A stretch of DNA of 64,000 nt from Eledone cirrhosa (Eukaryota), in the NCBI GenBank assembly GCA_964016885.1, contig OZ024743.1, positions 114,824,001 through 114,888,000 of the forward strand. The letters run 5' to 3'. A program made the position numbers and the translations under genes. Numbering within the stretch: the stretch's first letter is position 1; each line of letters starts with the position of its first letter. Below, in pieces: positions 14,686 through 30,179 of the stretch. The notes under the pieces were generated by a model. It saw only the letters and a list, made by a program, of their open reading frames with translations, did no database searches and was not told the DNA's origin.

Positions 14686-16325
14686 ATATAAAATCAAAAG
14701 ATGGTTAAAAGATTTCCATGTATTTTATTTTGCGCATTTCAAAAACAAATATCATCATGGGATGATATTTGCGTTCTCATCAGATAAAAAGGGAGACATG
14801 ATATGAAGCTTAAAAAACACTTCAATATTTGAAAAATATAATATTTTTTTACCTATTTTGATTCTTTTAAAACAAGATTTTTTAATCACAATTCCTCTTT
14901 TAAATACCAACTTAAAAGAACTAACACGGCACACTCAGAACTCATATGGTCCTTAAAGGACAAACATATTAACTACAACATTTCTTGGAGAAAGGTTTGC
15001 AACGCCTTTCCTTACCTTAATTCTTCCCTATCCTGAACATGCAATCTCTGCCTAGCGGAGAAATTTACCATTATCTCTAATTTAAATTCTATAATAGACG
15101 TACGGATTTATTTTCGCTCTCATTGCATAAATCCCATAGAACTTTCCATAAAGTATACAGCTAATATCTTACTACCTAATTAGTTTAAAATCTTCTTTTC
15201 TCAAACGCTTTTATATTTTTTACAAATATACCCATCTTTCTACCTTATTTCAGTATATTATACAATATTACTCATACTACATCGTTAGCGGTCCCCTAAT
15301 ATTTTATTTGTTAATTTCTAATCTTTAATCTGCAACCTTTACTTATCAATTACTTCTTAATAAATATTATAACTCACTATGGCATTTTCCTTATATTCTC
15401 GGCCATACACATTTTTATTTTTAATATATACTAATATTACCATTAGAGAAATTTTGTAAACATATATTTTTGTCGTTATATTTTTTCTTCCTTGAATTTC
15501 TTCTTTCTTCTCACCTTCCGTGCTCGTATTAAACCTATTATTTACTGTTTCCTATTACAATATATAGAAACAAACTTGGACCCTAATTAATTCCTCTAAG
15601 TTCATAATTCATTTAGCCTTATCTTCATTCACCTTATCTTCTTAATAAATTTTATTTTAATAATACATTTTAATAAATTCCTTTTCCTACATATTATTAA
15701 ACACTTCAATATATAAACCTTAAATAAATAGTATTCTTAATTCCTTTTTCTTTAATCATAAGCATCACCATTCATAAACCTCATTAACTTCTAAATTCTT
15801 AATTATTTTAAAATTATGTATTATCTTACAACGTTTTTTTTTTAATTTCTCTCTGTGAGACAGTGTTTCACAATATTAAAGGTTATCTCTCTTTCACTCA
15901 TTTTCTGGTCCTCTCTCTTCCTTCCTTCTTATAATCCTCCTCCGTCATCCTTTCCTTATTATTTTATTATTATTATTATATTCTTTCTTCCTCTTCGTTA
16001 CCTTTTCCTCCCTCCTCCCTTCCTTTCCTTTTTTCCCAATCTCATATATCCATCTTATTTTATTTTTCATATGTTTATTTAACACTTCACTGCTCGCAAG
16101 TGTTTTTTAAGCTTCATATCATGTCTCCCTATTTTATCTGATTGGAACGCAAATATCATCCCATGATGATATTTATTTTTGAAATGCGCATAATAAAATA
16201 CATGGAACTCTTTTAAGCATCTTTTGCTTTTATATTATTTATACTCCAGTCCTATAAACTGTTGAGTGCTACTTCTCCGATACTTGCATTGCTTTATTGT
16301 GCTACAATAAAACTCACGTCCTACA
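14686..16325 (+). mobile_element. Decayed PLE 3' fragment with inverted pLTR
   Basis: ~14890-15080 reads ELIWSLKDKHINYNISWRKV..CNLCLAEK; 14686-14822 is inverted at ~16098-16240; both arms carry a mutated HHR. Confidence 0.75.
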
Positions 16326-16347
16326 TATATTTATATATATATATGTA

Positions 16348-18875
16348 TAAGAGGGTGTTAAAGTTTGCTTGAAGCATTGTGAAATGTGTAAAATACGTAG
16401 TTTAGAAAGCCACAACAATGCAGAGGGAAATTTCGAGGTAGGAAGTGAATGATAGATAGGAGAAATAGGAGAAAGTGAAAATTGAGAGAGACAAAGATGA
16501 AAACAAGACAAAGGTGGAAGGGTTACCGTAGTGGAGATTTAATCCCAATATTTCGGGCTCACGCCCATCAACGGGGGAAAGTTCCAAAGGGGGGGGGGGG
16601 GGGAACAGGCTAAGCGGAGAAAGTTGTGATGTCGTTAAAACAGGATTGCCGTTATGGGGAGAAAAATTATTTAAAATTTAAATGAGGGAAAGAATATATT
16701 TACACACACATATTCAGTCTATCATCTTCCTTCCGTAAACACGAAAACTCCCAAAGAAGGTAAAAAACAACTTAATGACTCGAAACAGCAAACTACCCAC
16801 CTACCACCTGGTTAAAACACATAAACAAGGACCCGATTTGAAAATCAGGCCCATTGTCTCTAGCGTGGAGGGCCCACTCTACAAAATATCGTGGCTGCTC
16901 TCCACACTACTGAAACCCATTCTACACACACTACCATCCCACGTCTGCAGCTCAAAGGAGGTCTTCGAGCGACTACACCATCTGGCGCCCAACACCAGAA
17001 AGGACAACGGTTATGCCTTCAGTCTTGATGTGGTCGCCCTTTATACCTCCGTACCAGCATCCCCAGCCGTCGACCTGTTGACCGAACGAGTCCGAGAATC
17101 TAACTTACACTGCTTTGGACTCACACACACGGACATCCACCAACTCCTCTCCTTCGTTGTGGATAATGCACTCTTCAATTTCCTCGGCCACACGTACAAA
17201 CAAATCTCTGGGCTACCTATGGGCTCTAGTCTGTCCGGCATACTTGCGATCTCGTACATGGACCACCTGGAACGCAAGGCACTCAATACCTGCAAACCCA
17301 ACGCCGTCGCCTTCTACTCCAGATACATTGATGACATCCTGATACTTACTTCTTCCCGGGAGATGGCGAATGAAATTCACCAAATCTTCAACGATACTGA
17401 CCATCACGTCGATTTCACCATCGAACACCCAGGAGAAGACGGGTCACTCGCCCTCCTCGACTTCCGTATCAACATCTCGGAAGAAGGAGACATAAACACC
17501 ATCTTCTACCGCAAAGCAGCGTGCAAGGACTTATTTGTGCATTACAACTCAGCCCTCCCCAACAATGCTAAGAGAGGCTATGTCCTAAATGAACTGACAC
17601 GGATCACTAACAGATGCAGCGACCCGATGGGTGGTCTCACCCATACCACGCAATTCCGTAATCTACTCAGGTCTAATGGATATCCCAAGCGACTGATTAA
17701 CGGAATTAGAGACCCCAGACCCAATAGACAGACACCCACTAGAAACTTAAATAAAAGCAGGTGCTTCTTTAAAATCCCCCACCTGAGTGAATATACCACG
17801 AACGCCATCCGCAGGGCCATACGGACGGAGGGACTTGACATACATTTGGCCCACACAGGACCTTCGCTGCGAAGATGCCTCTCCAACAAACCCGACGAGT
17901 CAGATGGGACGTGTTCCCTCAGCAACTGCCCGATACGGGGGGCAGATTGCCTACGCACCTATGTCGTATATAAGATTCAATGCGATAAATGTAACAAGTT
18001 TTACATAGGTAGCACCATCCGACCCCTACATGTTCGTATCAAGGAACATATCAACACCAACGCATCTTCCTTCCGTAAACACATCCTTAAATGCGGAAAC
18101 CCACAGGGTAGACCCTTGGTCACAGTCCTAGCGACTGAACGCAGCATCGGATCCTTAAGGATAAAGGAAGCACTTGTTATTAAGAACCTCAGACCCCCAC
18201 TTAACAACCGGGCTGAGAGAAATGAGCTGACATGGCTAACTTAACCATAGTGACCATTCACAGCCCTTAGGGCCTGCTATTTTCACACACACGTATATGC
18301 ATACCCATACGCATACACACACACATCTATATTTATACACGCACACATGTTTTACAACCTACCACCTTTCACACCCTTTGATTTCCAGCTTCTACAGCCC
18401 ACTATCTTACACACACACACACACACTCACACATATACACACTTACACATATACACACACAGTTACACACACATATATATTTACACACACATATTTTACG
18501 GCTTTCACACGCTAGCGCACCCTCTTGATTTAAACCATTTGGTCAGTAGCTTTTGCCACAGCCTATCACGCGCACGCGCATTCTTTCCCTCATTTAAATT
18601 TTAAATAATGTTTCTCCCCATAACGGCGTTCCTGTTTTAATGACATCACAACTCTCTCGGCTTAGCCTGTCCCCCCCCCCCTATTGGAACTTTCCCCCGT
18701 TGATGGGCGTGAGCCCGAAATATTGGGATTAAATCTCCACTACGGTAACCATTCCACCTTTGTCTTGCTTTCATCTTTGTCTCTCTCAATTTTCACTTTC
18801 TCCTATTTCTCCTATCTATCATTCACTTCCTACCTCGAGATTTCCCTCTGCATTGTTGTGGCTTTCTAAACTACG

Positions 18876-18881
<6 letters not shown>
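16348..18881 (+). mobile_element. Penelope-like element, 5'-truncated, with an inverted copy of its 3' end (pLTR) upstream
   Basis: 16390-16693 is the reverse complement of ~18582-18881; encloses an RT/GIY-YIG ORF; flanked by (TA)n. Confidence 0.92.
16775..18244 (+). CDS. PLE reverse transcriptase + GIY-YIG endonuclease (N-terminally truncated but open)
   Basis: KTHK..IRPIVS, SLDVVALYTSV, QISGLPMGSSLS, RYIDDI, LLDF, YRK; VVYKIQCDKCNKFYIGST.R.L..RIKEH, LRIKEALVI. Confidence 0.93.
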   Translation: MTRNSKLPTYHLVKTHKQGPDLKIRPIVSSVEGPLYKISWLLSTLLKPILHTLPSHVCSSKEVFERLHHLAPNTRKDNGYAFSLDVVALYTSVPASPAVDLLTERVRESNLHCFGLTHTDIHQLLSFVVDNALFNFLGHTYKQISGLPMGSSLSGILAISYMDHLERKALNTCKPNAVAFYSRYIDDILILTSSREMANEIHQIFNDTDHHVDFTIEHPGEDGSLALLDFRINISEEGDINTIFYRKAACKDLFVHYNSALPNNAKRGYVLNELTRITNRCSDPMGGLTHTTQFRNLLRSNGYPKRLINGIRDPRPNRQTPTRNLNKSRCFFKIPHLSEYTTNAIRRAIRTEGLDIHLAHTGPSLRRCLSNKPDESDGTCSLSNCPIRGADCLRTYVVYKIQCDKCNKFYIGSTIRPLHVRIKEHINTNASSFRKHILKCGNPQGRPLVTVLATERSIGSLRIKEALVIKNLRPPLNNRAERNELTWLT

Positions 18882-18959
<78 letters not shown>

Positions 18960-18964
<5 letters not shown>

Positions 18965-19478
18965 AAAGAATAGAGGTGTAACACACAAGTTATTATATAT
19001 TGGTAAACGGAATAGAAAATGCTGACAAATTGTTCACAGTTGAAAAATGGTTTAATTAGGAATAAAAGAGTATTAGTGATTGTATGGGTTAGTATTCAGT
19101 TGTGGTTTTAAGTTTTTAAGTTTTTACCGGTTGCGTATTTCTAAATGCTTTTCAAAAATAATTTTGAGATAGAGTGTCCGTGCCGTTTGCTCTGATCTGA
19201 TTAGTTTTGGGAATTCTACCTGTTTTTGTTAAAAAAGTGGCTCCAGCGTTATTTTTGTGTTGCAAAAATGCTTGTGGTCAAAACAATTTTGATTGGTCGG
19301 TAGAGGTCATGTGAATGTAAAAAGTTGATTTTGCGCCAAGACTGTTTTTATGTTAAAAAAGTGGCTCCAGCAAAAATTCTTGGTCAAAACAATTTTGATT
19401 GGTCGGTAGAGGTCATGTGGATAAAAAATTGGTTTTGCGCCAAGATTGAGAAATGACTCTTTCACAACAAATATGTGT

Positions 19479-19577
<99 letters not shown>

Positions 19578-19654
19578 AGTAGTAGTAGTAGTAGTAAGGT
19601 GTTCGATGCTGCGACAATGGCCAGCAGCGATGTGTGTCAAATGGCTATTAAGAT

Positions 19655-19695
<41 letters not shown>

Positions 19696-19757
19696 GCAGA
19701 GTCATTCGAAGGTCAAAAGATATTTTTCAGCTTTTGTCTTTTGTCTTATACTTTTGT

Positions 19758-19840
<83 letters not shown>

Positions 19841-19914
19841 ATCTTAATAGCCATTTGACACACATCGCTGCTGGCCATTGTCGCAGCATCGAACACCTTA
19901 CTACTACTACAACT

Positions 19915-19982
<68 letters not shown>

Positions 19983-20467
19983 ACACACACACACATATTT
20001 GTTGTGAAAGAGTCATTTCTCAATCTTGGCGCAAAACCAATTTTTTATCCACATGACCTCTACCGACCAATCAAAATTGTTTTGACCAAGAATTTTTGCT
20101 GGAGCCACTTTTTTAACATAAAAACAGTCTTGGCGCAAAATCAACTTTTTACATTCACATGACCTCTACCGACCAATCAAAATTGTTTTGACCACAAGCA
20201 TTTTTGCAACACAAAAATAACGCTGGAGCCACTTTTTTAACATAAAAACAGGTAGAATTCCCAAAACTAATCAGATCAGAGCAAACAGCACGGACACTCT
20301 ATCTCAAAATTATTTTTGAAAAGCATTTAGAAATGCGCAACCGGTAAAAACTTAAAAAGTTAAAACCACAACTGAATACTAACCCATACAATCACTAATA
20401 CTCTTTTATTCCTAATTAAACCATTTTTCAACTGTGAACAATTTGTCAGCATTTTCTATTCCGTTTA

Positions 20468-20472
<5 letters not shown>
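18960..20472. repeat. ~1.5-kb near-perfect palindrome (PLE-end type; family also at 12325-12520 and 57283-58593)
   Basis: ~18996-19690 mirrored at ~19760-20472 around a short spacer; (TA)n flanks; ~35-nt tail on one arm only. Confidence 0.85.
20313..20349 (+). ncRNA. Variant hammerhead-like motif (U3-A8 core and GCAA instead of GAAA)
   Basis: ttt-TTGAAAA-gcattt(ag)aaatgc-GCAA-ccg-GTA-aaa; also at 58407-58442 and on the minus strand near 12450, 19125, 57400. Confidence 0.55.
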
Positions 20473-20549
<77 letters not shown>

Positions 20550-20814
20550 ATATATATAGTAATAAGAATATTTATATTTATATATGTTTGATATAACTCT
20601 GAATATGTAGGGTAGTACTAAGTACTAGCCGGTTACATGATGCCTTTGACACTAATAACAATTATGTACCCTAAATGTTCTAAATGACTACGATTTTAGT
20701 TACATGTTTCGACATACCTTATGGTCCGATGAAACCAGACTTCTCACTAGAAGAAACAATTGTCAGCAAATAAATGTTCTAATCTAAAATTTGATCGTTT
20801 TAACATTTTGCATG

Positions 20815-20897
<83 letters not shown>

Positions 20898-20901
20898 TTC
20901 T

Positions 20902-22656
20902 TAAAATAACAGATTAAAGTTTAAGCAAAGAATTGCTGCTTTCACCCTTAACGGGATCTCCTGAAACTATCAAAGTCAATCCCACCATATAATATGGAGG
21001 TGGCCACACAATTAGCTAAGATCTTTCTATCCCTTATTACGAAGCATTTTTCTCCTACACATAAATATAGTAAAATTTTTAATAGAAATACTATTAAAAT
21101 TTCTTACTCTACGACTCCTAACATTGCACATAACATCACAGCTTCAAATTTAGCTAAACTACCTAGCCGTAGGAACACGTGCAACCATGTAGTTAGTACT
21201 AACTATAATTGTAGGAATCGGGTTGATTGACCCCTATCCGGGAAATGCCTCTCTAGTACATTGTCTACAAATGTAAGGTTGAAACACCCACGTCTCGTAG
21301 CGCCTATATATGGTTAACCGCCAATAGATTCAAACAGCGTCTTTACATGCATACCCATTCTTTTCGTTACCCTCTAAGAAGGAATATGACGTCACTTTCA
21401 GCTTATATCTGAAGTCTAAAAGACAACCACACCCAATATAAGTTACATTGGGAGATCCTAGCTAGGGCTAGATCGTATAACGGAAATAAAAGACCATGTG
21501 ACCTCTGCGCCGCTGAGGCCCTGGAAATACTCTACGCCACAGACCACATCTTAAACAAAAAATCTGAGGCAATTTCGGCTTGTAAACATAAATTGCACAG
21601 AACTTTCCTGTATTACAGCCCCACATTATAGCCTAACGGATAGTACGATCTATACGCGGATATTTTACGTCTCGATGTGGTAGCTAAGTATACGTTATGT
21701 TTATACAATTACTTGTTTGCATAGGTATGTATATATTACCTGTATGTTTTGTGAAGGTACGTATACTTTCTCGTACGTATATTTGATTGTATATGTTATG
21801 GCGTATATTTTATATATTCTGGTACATATGCTTTTGTTTATGTGCATACGTGAGTTTTGCGTCTGTGTGAGTATGCGGGTTCCTACGTATGTAGGGTGTG
21901 TGTATATGTGTACTCCGTGTTTTGGTTGACGTCATCTCCCAACATTTGTGTATCTATATGTAGGTATGTGTGTGCGATTGTTATATACGTATTTATTTAT
22001 TTATTTATATACGCTTATTTAATTATTTGTATACACGCACACACACACACACATATATCTATATGTGCGTGTATTTGTATACCTATGGCGAGTGTTTTCG
22101 CGTATGCTTCTGTATATACGTATTTGGATGCGTGTATGAATTTATTTAATTTCAATTACCTCTGTATTTCATTTATTTTATTTACTTTATTCTTAACTCT
22201 GAAGCCGAGAATCATTTGGTTTCCTAGTTAGAATTTTAGTCTACGACTTCAGTTATACCATTTACGTGGTTTTGTCTTTGCGTCCAATTGTCCTCCACGC
22301 TCCACATATGACGTATTATCTTCGTTTTTTTTCGTTCATTGCGAGAGAACGTCTCTATGAACCACCCAAGAGAATATTAGTCTACAACTTCTTTTATACC
22401 AAAAACGTGGTTTTGTCTTTGCGTGTAATTGTTTTTCACCACTCCAAATAATGACGTATTATATTCGTTTTTTCCCGTTCTTTGCCAGGGAACATTTCCA
22501 CGAACCAAAGTATCATCTTCCTGTCTTCCTCCGATTGCAACGTTTTTTTTTTTAAATATTCACTTCTGCGTTAACAGATTGACTTTGCTAGTTTCAGAAG
22601 ATCCCGTTAAGGGTGAAAGCAGCGATTCTTTGCTTAAATTTTAATCTGTTATTTTA
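20902..22656 (+). mobile_element. Decayed PLE (RT C-terminus/GIY-YIG with CxCx5C-type linker) with short inverted end copy
   Basis: KIFNRNTIKISYSTTPN, NCRNRVD, FKQRLYMH, CDLCAAE motifs with stops/frameshifts; 20902-20980 inverted at 22578-22656. Confidence 0.78.
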
Positions 22657-22748
22657 CTAAATATTTGCTCTACGTTTCTTATATATTTGATATATATTTA
22701 TCCTTATCGAGCCCTCTTTGGATTTTAGTCTTTAAATTTATTATTATT

Positions 22749-22904
<156 letters not shown>

Positions 22905-22940
22905 CATATATATATATGTTTATATATATATTTATACATA

Positions 22941-23015
<75 letters not shown>

Positions 23016-23030
23016 GTATATAAATATATA

Positions 23031-23097
<67 letters not shown>

Positions 23098-23098
23098 A

Positions 23099-23132
<34 letters not shown>

Positions 23133-23265
23133 TTATATAGTTGTAAATTTGTAAATAGTTGTAAATTTGCACATAGCATAACTAGGCTGTAGTACCACCG
23201 TGGAAACATTTGTAAGCACACGGAATAAATTACCTTTTTATGATGTCTACCTGTTATTATTCATT

Positions 23266-23379
<114 letters not shown>

Positions 23380-24059
23380 AAAATTAAAATTAAGTATTGT
23401 CATGTCTGAGAGACATAAGCCATATCCACCGTAGAATAAGCTCAAAGATTAGATCCGAGCATTACCTATCAACTAGAAATAGATTGACATATATATAAAA
23501 TACATGAAACAATAGCAGGGAATAATTTTTAAAGAATGTAGACACACATAGCTAGGTAGGTAACTAATTAAAATTTGACTAGAACTTCAAATATAAATAC
23601 CTTTTAAAATGATTAATCTCCTTTGTATATATTTCTTTAATAAGAAATATATTTCACCTATTAATCCGTAAATCACAGCAGTTAAATTATTGGATGTTCA
23701 CAAAAGGAGAAGCAAAATACCATCTGTGTTTACAAAGCAAATGCAAATCTGTGAATGATTCGAACCACGTGTTGCATTTTTTTTAAAATACACGCGTGGA
23801 ACAACGTCATCCCAGTGGCGTGAATAGGACCATCGACAGCCAGAAATAGCAGCCGAGCCTATTCAACTGAATTAGCTCAACAATTCAAGGGGCCATATAT
23901 ATATCCAAAATTAAAATTAAGGGTTGTCATGTCTGAGAGACACGCGCCATATCCACCGTAGAATAAGCTCAAAGATTAGATCCGAGCATTACATATCAAT
24001 TAGATAACTAAATTGTTATAAGAACATCTCCACTAGAGAGAACTAACACGTTTGATTTA

Positions 24060-25705
24060 GAACGTAGCACAATGGAAAGCATCCAGCAGATAGCTAATTC
24101 CATACACCAGAGTATAACTGTAACTATCGACTACCCTTCCAAACACCCTAACAATAGACTACCTGTATTAGACACGGAACTCTGGATTAACACTATAGAC
24201 GAGAGAGCCCAAATTCTCCACTCACACTATGCTAAACCCATGGCCTCCAAATACCTGATACTCAAAAACTCAGCAATGTCCAGTAGTGCTAAGTTTAATA
24301 TTCTGATCGCAGATTTGGTACGAGTGATGAAGAATGTGTCCCGCATGTGCGACCCAACATAAATGGAAAGACACATCCAACACTTCATCAACCGCATGCA
24401 GTTCTCTGGCTACAACCAAAGAGACAGAGTCAGAGTATACGAAGGAGCTATGGAGAAGTATAATACCCTCATAGAACTGGACATGAAAGGAATTTGCCCG
24501 TTATACAGGAGCAAATCATGGAATAGCTTAGATAGGGCTAGACATAAGATAGGGAAAGCCACCTCATGGTACGACAACCAGAGATACCAGAGTGTCATGT
24601 TTGTGGACGCTACCCCTGGAGGGAAATAAGCTAACCAGTGTAGAAAGGCCCCGAGAAAGACCCACTTAAAGATTAAGGTGGTAGAAAAGCCAGGAACCAC
24701 CATAAAATCCCTGATCAGCAAAACCTACCCTTTTAAGAAAACCCACTGTACTAATATGAAATGTATCATATGTAAGGTAAACGCCCGGACAAACTGTAAA
24801 ACTAGAAACGTAGTCTATAGCATGAGATGTACAGAGGGTACTTGCAGAAACATGACAACAACATACATAGGCGAGACAGCTCGTAGCATAGGTGAAAGGA
24901 TAGACCAACACTGGGGGTACGGGTACTAAAAGGACGAAAAAACGGTTCAGTACTATACGAACATGCCAGACAACAACACGACGGTAACATAGACAACATA
25001 GAAATTAGAATAATATCTAAACATAGAAATGACCCAGCAGATAGACAAATCAGAGAGGCCAGTGAAATAGAACTTAGAAGGCCAAGGCTAAACAGACAGA
25101 ATGAATGGAATAACAACACCCAAACAAACAACACTGACCTAAGAGAAGTATAAATAAATAAATAGATAAATAAATAAATAAATACATACACAAGCTCAAT
25201 AACAACAAACACATATAAACACACACTAGTAAAGATAGAATACATTAACCAATACACAGTCACCCAATCACGAACACACATCAAACAAAACACTATACAT
25301 ACACGCAAATGCATGCGCAAAAAAGACAAAATAAAATAAACAAATAAATAAATATATAAACAGACTAAATAAAGATGGCGTAGAAAATACAATGCAACGG
25401 GAGGAAACAATAGCACCACTGACGATGTTGCAGATGTGCAACGAAAGAACATTGATAAACTATATATATACGTGTTTCTGTCTATATTGTATCTGTATTA
25501 CTTTTGACCGTTGGTCAGTCAATGGCACATTGAGGACCGAATAAATTAGATTACCGATATAAAAGAGACAGAAGCGAAAAGCGAAAACCAACCAAACAAT
25601 GAGTGTGTTCTGTTATTAATTCTGGCAATATTACACAAATATGACCCTCCCCAAGTATAACAATATTTTTTTCGACACACGATTTCATATAAAAAACTCG
25701 CAAAA
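24060..25705 (+). mobile_element. Decayed PLE (RT thumb + GIY-YIG) with 3' pLTR
   Basis: LPVLDTELW, HYAKPMAS, MQFSGY, NVVYSMRC..C....YIGETARSIGERIDQH interrupted by stops; HHR-like motif at 25416-25457. Confidence 0.85.
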
Positions 25706-26319
<614 letters not shown>

Positions 26320-26320
<1 letters not shown>

Positions 26321-28501
26321 TATTAGAAAGTGAGGTTTTTTTTACAAAATGAAAAATAACCGAGGTGTCCTACACGAGTGGAAGTATAAAGAAAAAGGGA
26401 TGAAATCGAAAATGCAACTGAAGTCTTATTTTTTTAAAAAATATATATATATTTATTTGGTTCCTTTACCGGTTTCGCAGTTCTTCTGCTTTTCAAAAGG
26501 TGAGTTGAGATGGAGGGTCTGTGGTTTTTCTCACATCTGGTTGGTCTCTAAATGTTACTTGTTTTATATGGAAAAAGTGGCTTGAAAACCAGGTTTTTCG
26601 AGAAGTAATTTGATTGGTTTGTCAATAATTATAATAAATTTCGCGCCAGTTCGCGTTACAATAGTTCTTCAAATAAGAGAGGGGGGGGGGGATTGTCACA
26701 GGTTGTTTTTTCATATACGAGTGTTTGAATTTCTTTTTACTTGAAAAAATGAGGCTCACGAAGGCTTTTTTTGGGTTGGTTATAAATGAAATTTGGCTGT
26801 CATGTGAACAAGTTTTCATTACATTTTTGCGCCCTTATTTGGAAAACTATTTTGTAATCTTTATAGTGAATGTTATGACAATGGAGAGATAGTGGTCAAG
26901 GGAAAAGGGATTGGGAGAAATGTTCTGGTTCAGTGAATATGGCCAGCTGTCAGAGTTCAGGTGTCAGAGTTCAGATTTTCTATTGAGACTGAAGATATGT
27001 GTTTATTTGTGTGCTTGTGTGTGTGTATGTGTGTGTGTGTGTATGTGTGTATTGGAAGATGATTCTATTAGTAGAGATGGGGGAGGGAGTTGTGTGTGTG
27101 TGTATATGGGTGTTATGTGTGTGTGTGCGAGTATGTTAGATAGAGAGAATATATATTTTGTGTGTGTGTATATATATATGTGTGTAGGAAAGTGGTTCTA
27201 TTAGTAGAAATGGGGAGGGTGTTGTAGGTGTGGGGGTTGTTATGTGTGTGTATGGGTGTTATGTGTGTGGGAGTATGGTTAGCATGTTAAGATGAAGAGA
27301 ATATATATATATATATATATATATATTGTGTGTGTGTGTATGTGTGTGTGTAGGAAAATGATTCCTTTAGTAGGAATATTTTTGAATGAACATATTTTCC
27401 TGACTTTTTCGTGTTTGCTGTTGTATTGCCAGTGCAAACGTATGTTTAAGGTTTATTTAGTTCGGGTTTTTATTTTCTAAAGTAGAAGGTGTTTTCTAAA
27501 CTAGAAGGAGAAGCACACAAAATAATCAAAAGCAAAAGACAACCAAAATCACTGAAAACATTACTCACCAATGCCAAATTACCTACCACAAACCCACAAC
27601 CAAGTATCAAAAAATGTGGTCGCTCTAATTGTGGAACCTGCACTCACCTCATTGAAGGCAACACGTATACATTTAAATCAGGACAAAATTTTACTGTAAA
27701 AAATCACTTCACTTGCTCATCAAAAAAATCTAGTTTATGCCATTAAATGTAAAGGATGCAATGAAGATTATATAGGACAAACTAAACTCACACTCAGAAA
27801 CAGAATGACAGTTCATCGCCAACAATTACGAGATCCAACCACGAGACAGATACCACTAAGTGCACATCTAGACATTTGCGCAAGTAATAAGACACCCAAA
27901 TTCCAAGTCTTCCCATTTTACCTTTGCGCTAACAATACAACAGAACAAATGCGAATAAATAAGGAAAATATGTTTATTCAAAAATATAGACCAACATTAA
28001 ATAAGGTTTAATATACATTATGTCAACACCACAATATGACATACACACACACACATAACACCTTCTACTTTAGAAAATAAAAACCCGAACTAAATAAACC
28101 TTAAACATACGTTTGCACTGGCAATACAACAGCAAACACGAAAAAGTCAGGAAAATATGTTCATCCAAAAATATTCCTACTAAAGGAATCATTTTCCTAC
28201 ACACACACATACACACACACACAATATATATATATATATATATTCTCTTCATCTTAACATGCTAACCATACTCCCACACACATAACACCCATACACACAC
28301 ATAACAACCCCCACACCTACAACACCCTCCCCATTTCTACTAATAGAACCACTTTCCTACACACATATATATATACACACACACAAAATATATATTCTCT
28401 CTATCTAACATACTCGCACACACACACATAACACCCATATACACACACACACAACTCCCTCCCCCATCTCTACCAATAGAATCATCTTCCAATACACACA
28501 T

Positions 28502-28536
<35 letters not shown>

Positions 28537-29162
28537 AGCACACAAATAAACACATATCTTCAGTCTCAATAGAAAATCTGAACTCTGACACCTGAACTCT
28601 GACAGCTGGCCATATTCACTGAACCAGAACATTTCTCCCAATCCCTTTTCCCTTGACCACTATCTCTCCATTGTCATAACATTCACTATAAAGACGACAG
28701 AATAGTTTTCCAAATAAGGGCGCAAAAATGTAATGAAAACTTGTTCACGTGACAGCCAAATTTCATTTATAACCAACCCCAAAAAAGCCTTCGTGAGCCT
28801 CATTTTTTCAAGTAAAAAGAAATTCAAACACTCATATATGAAAAAACAACCTGTGACAATCCCCCCCTCTCTTATTTGAAGAACTATTGTAACGCGAACT
28901 GGCGCGAAATTTATTATAATTATTGACAAACCAATCAAATTACTTCTCGAAAAACCTGGTTTTCGAGTCACTTTTTCCATATAAAACAAGTAACATTTAG
29001 AGACCAACCAGATGTGAGAAAAACCACAGACCCTCCATCTCAACTCACCTTTTGAAAAGCAGAAGAACTGCGAAACCGGTAAAGGAACCAAATAAATATA
29101 TATATATTTAAAAAAAAAATAAGACTTCAGTTGCATTTTCGATTTCATCCCTTTTTCTTTAT
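26320..29162 (+). mobile_element. PLE GIY-YIG fragment (Cys-rich linker, Neptune-like) between ~1.1-kb inverted repeats
   Basis: 27489-28011: CGRSNCGTC, C.GCNEDYIGQT..LRNRMTVH (frameshifted); ~26386-27491 is mirrored at ~28058-29162. Confidence 0.87.
29048..29085 (+). ncRNA. Variant hammerhead with U3-A8 core (copies at 11338-11375 -, 11440-11477 +, 26463-26500 -; mutated near 6076 and 6190)
   Basis: cctt-TTGAAAA-gcag(aagaa)ctgc-GAAA-ccg-GTA-aagg. Confidence 0.75.
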
Positions 29163-29184
29163 ATATAAATATATATATATATAC

Positions 29185-29229
<45 letters not shown>

Positions 29230-29368
29230 TACATATATATATACATATATATATATACATAGATATATATACATAGATATATATACATATATATATACAT
29301 ATATATACTTATATATATGTACATATATATATACATGTATATACATGTATATATACATATATATTCAT

Positions 29369-29526
<158 letters not shown>

Positions 29527-29589
29527 GTATATATATATGTATATATATATGTATATATATAAAAATGTATTTATATATGTATATATATG

Positions 29590-29658
<69 letters not shown>

Positions 29659-30040
29659 GAGACATATATATATAAGAGATATATATTATAAGAATAGAGG
29701 AGAAATATCTATGATCTAATATATTAGACTAGCTGAATGAGCAGGCCGGGTTACTGCTGTTCATATTCAGAATAGTAACCAATAAATATAAAGATATATT
29801 TCATTTCTTCATAATTATTTCAAAATTTTATATGAAAAAATGTCAAATTTGTAATGTTAATAAATCTATCAATCTTGAAGCACCTCGGGGAAAAGGATAT
29901 TCATTGTGTAAGATTTTGCTGGTGTCCAAATGAATAAATTGTTACTGCCTCCCACCAGTGTATAGATGCAGAAAACAAACAAAATTTAAATTTTGTTCTC
30001 AAATGTCTTGCTTTTTGCTTTTCTCCTCCATATATTTCTG

Positions 30041-30138
<98 letters not shown>

Positions 30139-30179
30139 TAAATAAAAGTCAAATGATTAAAATTTAGCTTCGTTTATTA

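Noticed and set aside
22590-22635. HHR-like CAGAAGA-ccc/ggg-GAAA motif in a PLE end
   Set aside because: No convincing stem III, cleavage triplet or stem I.
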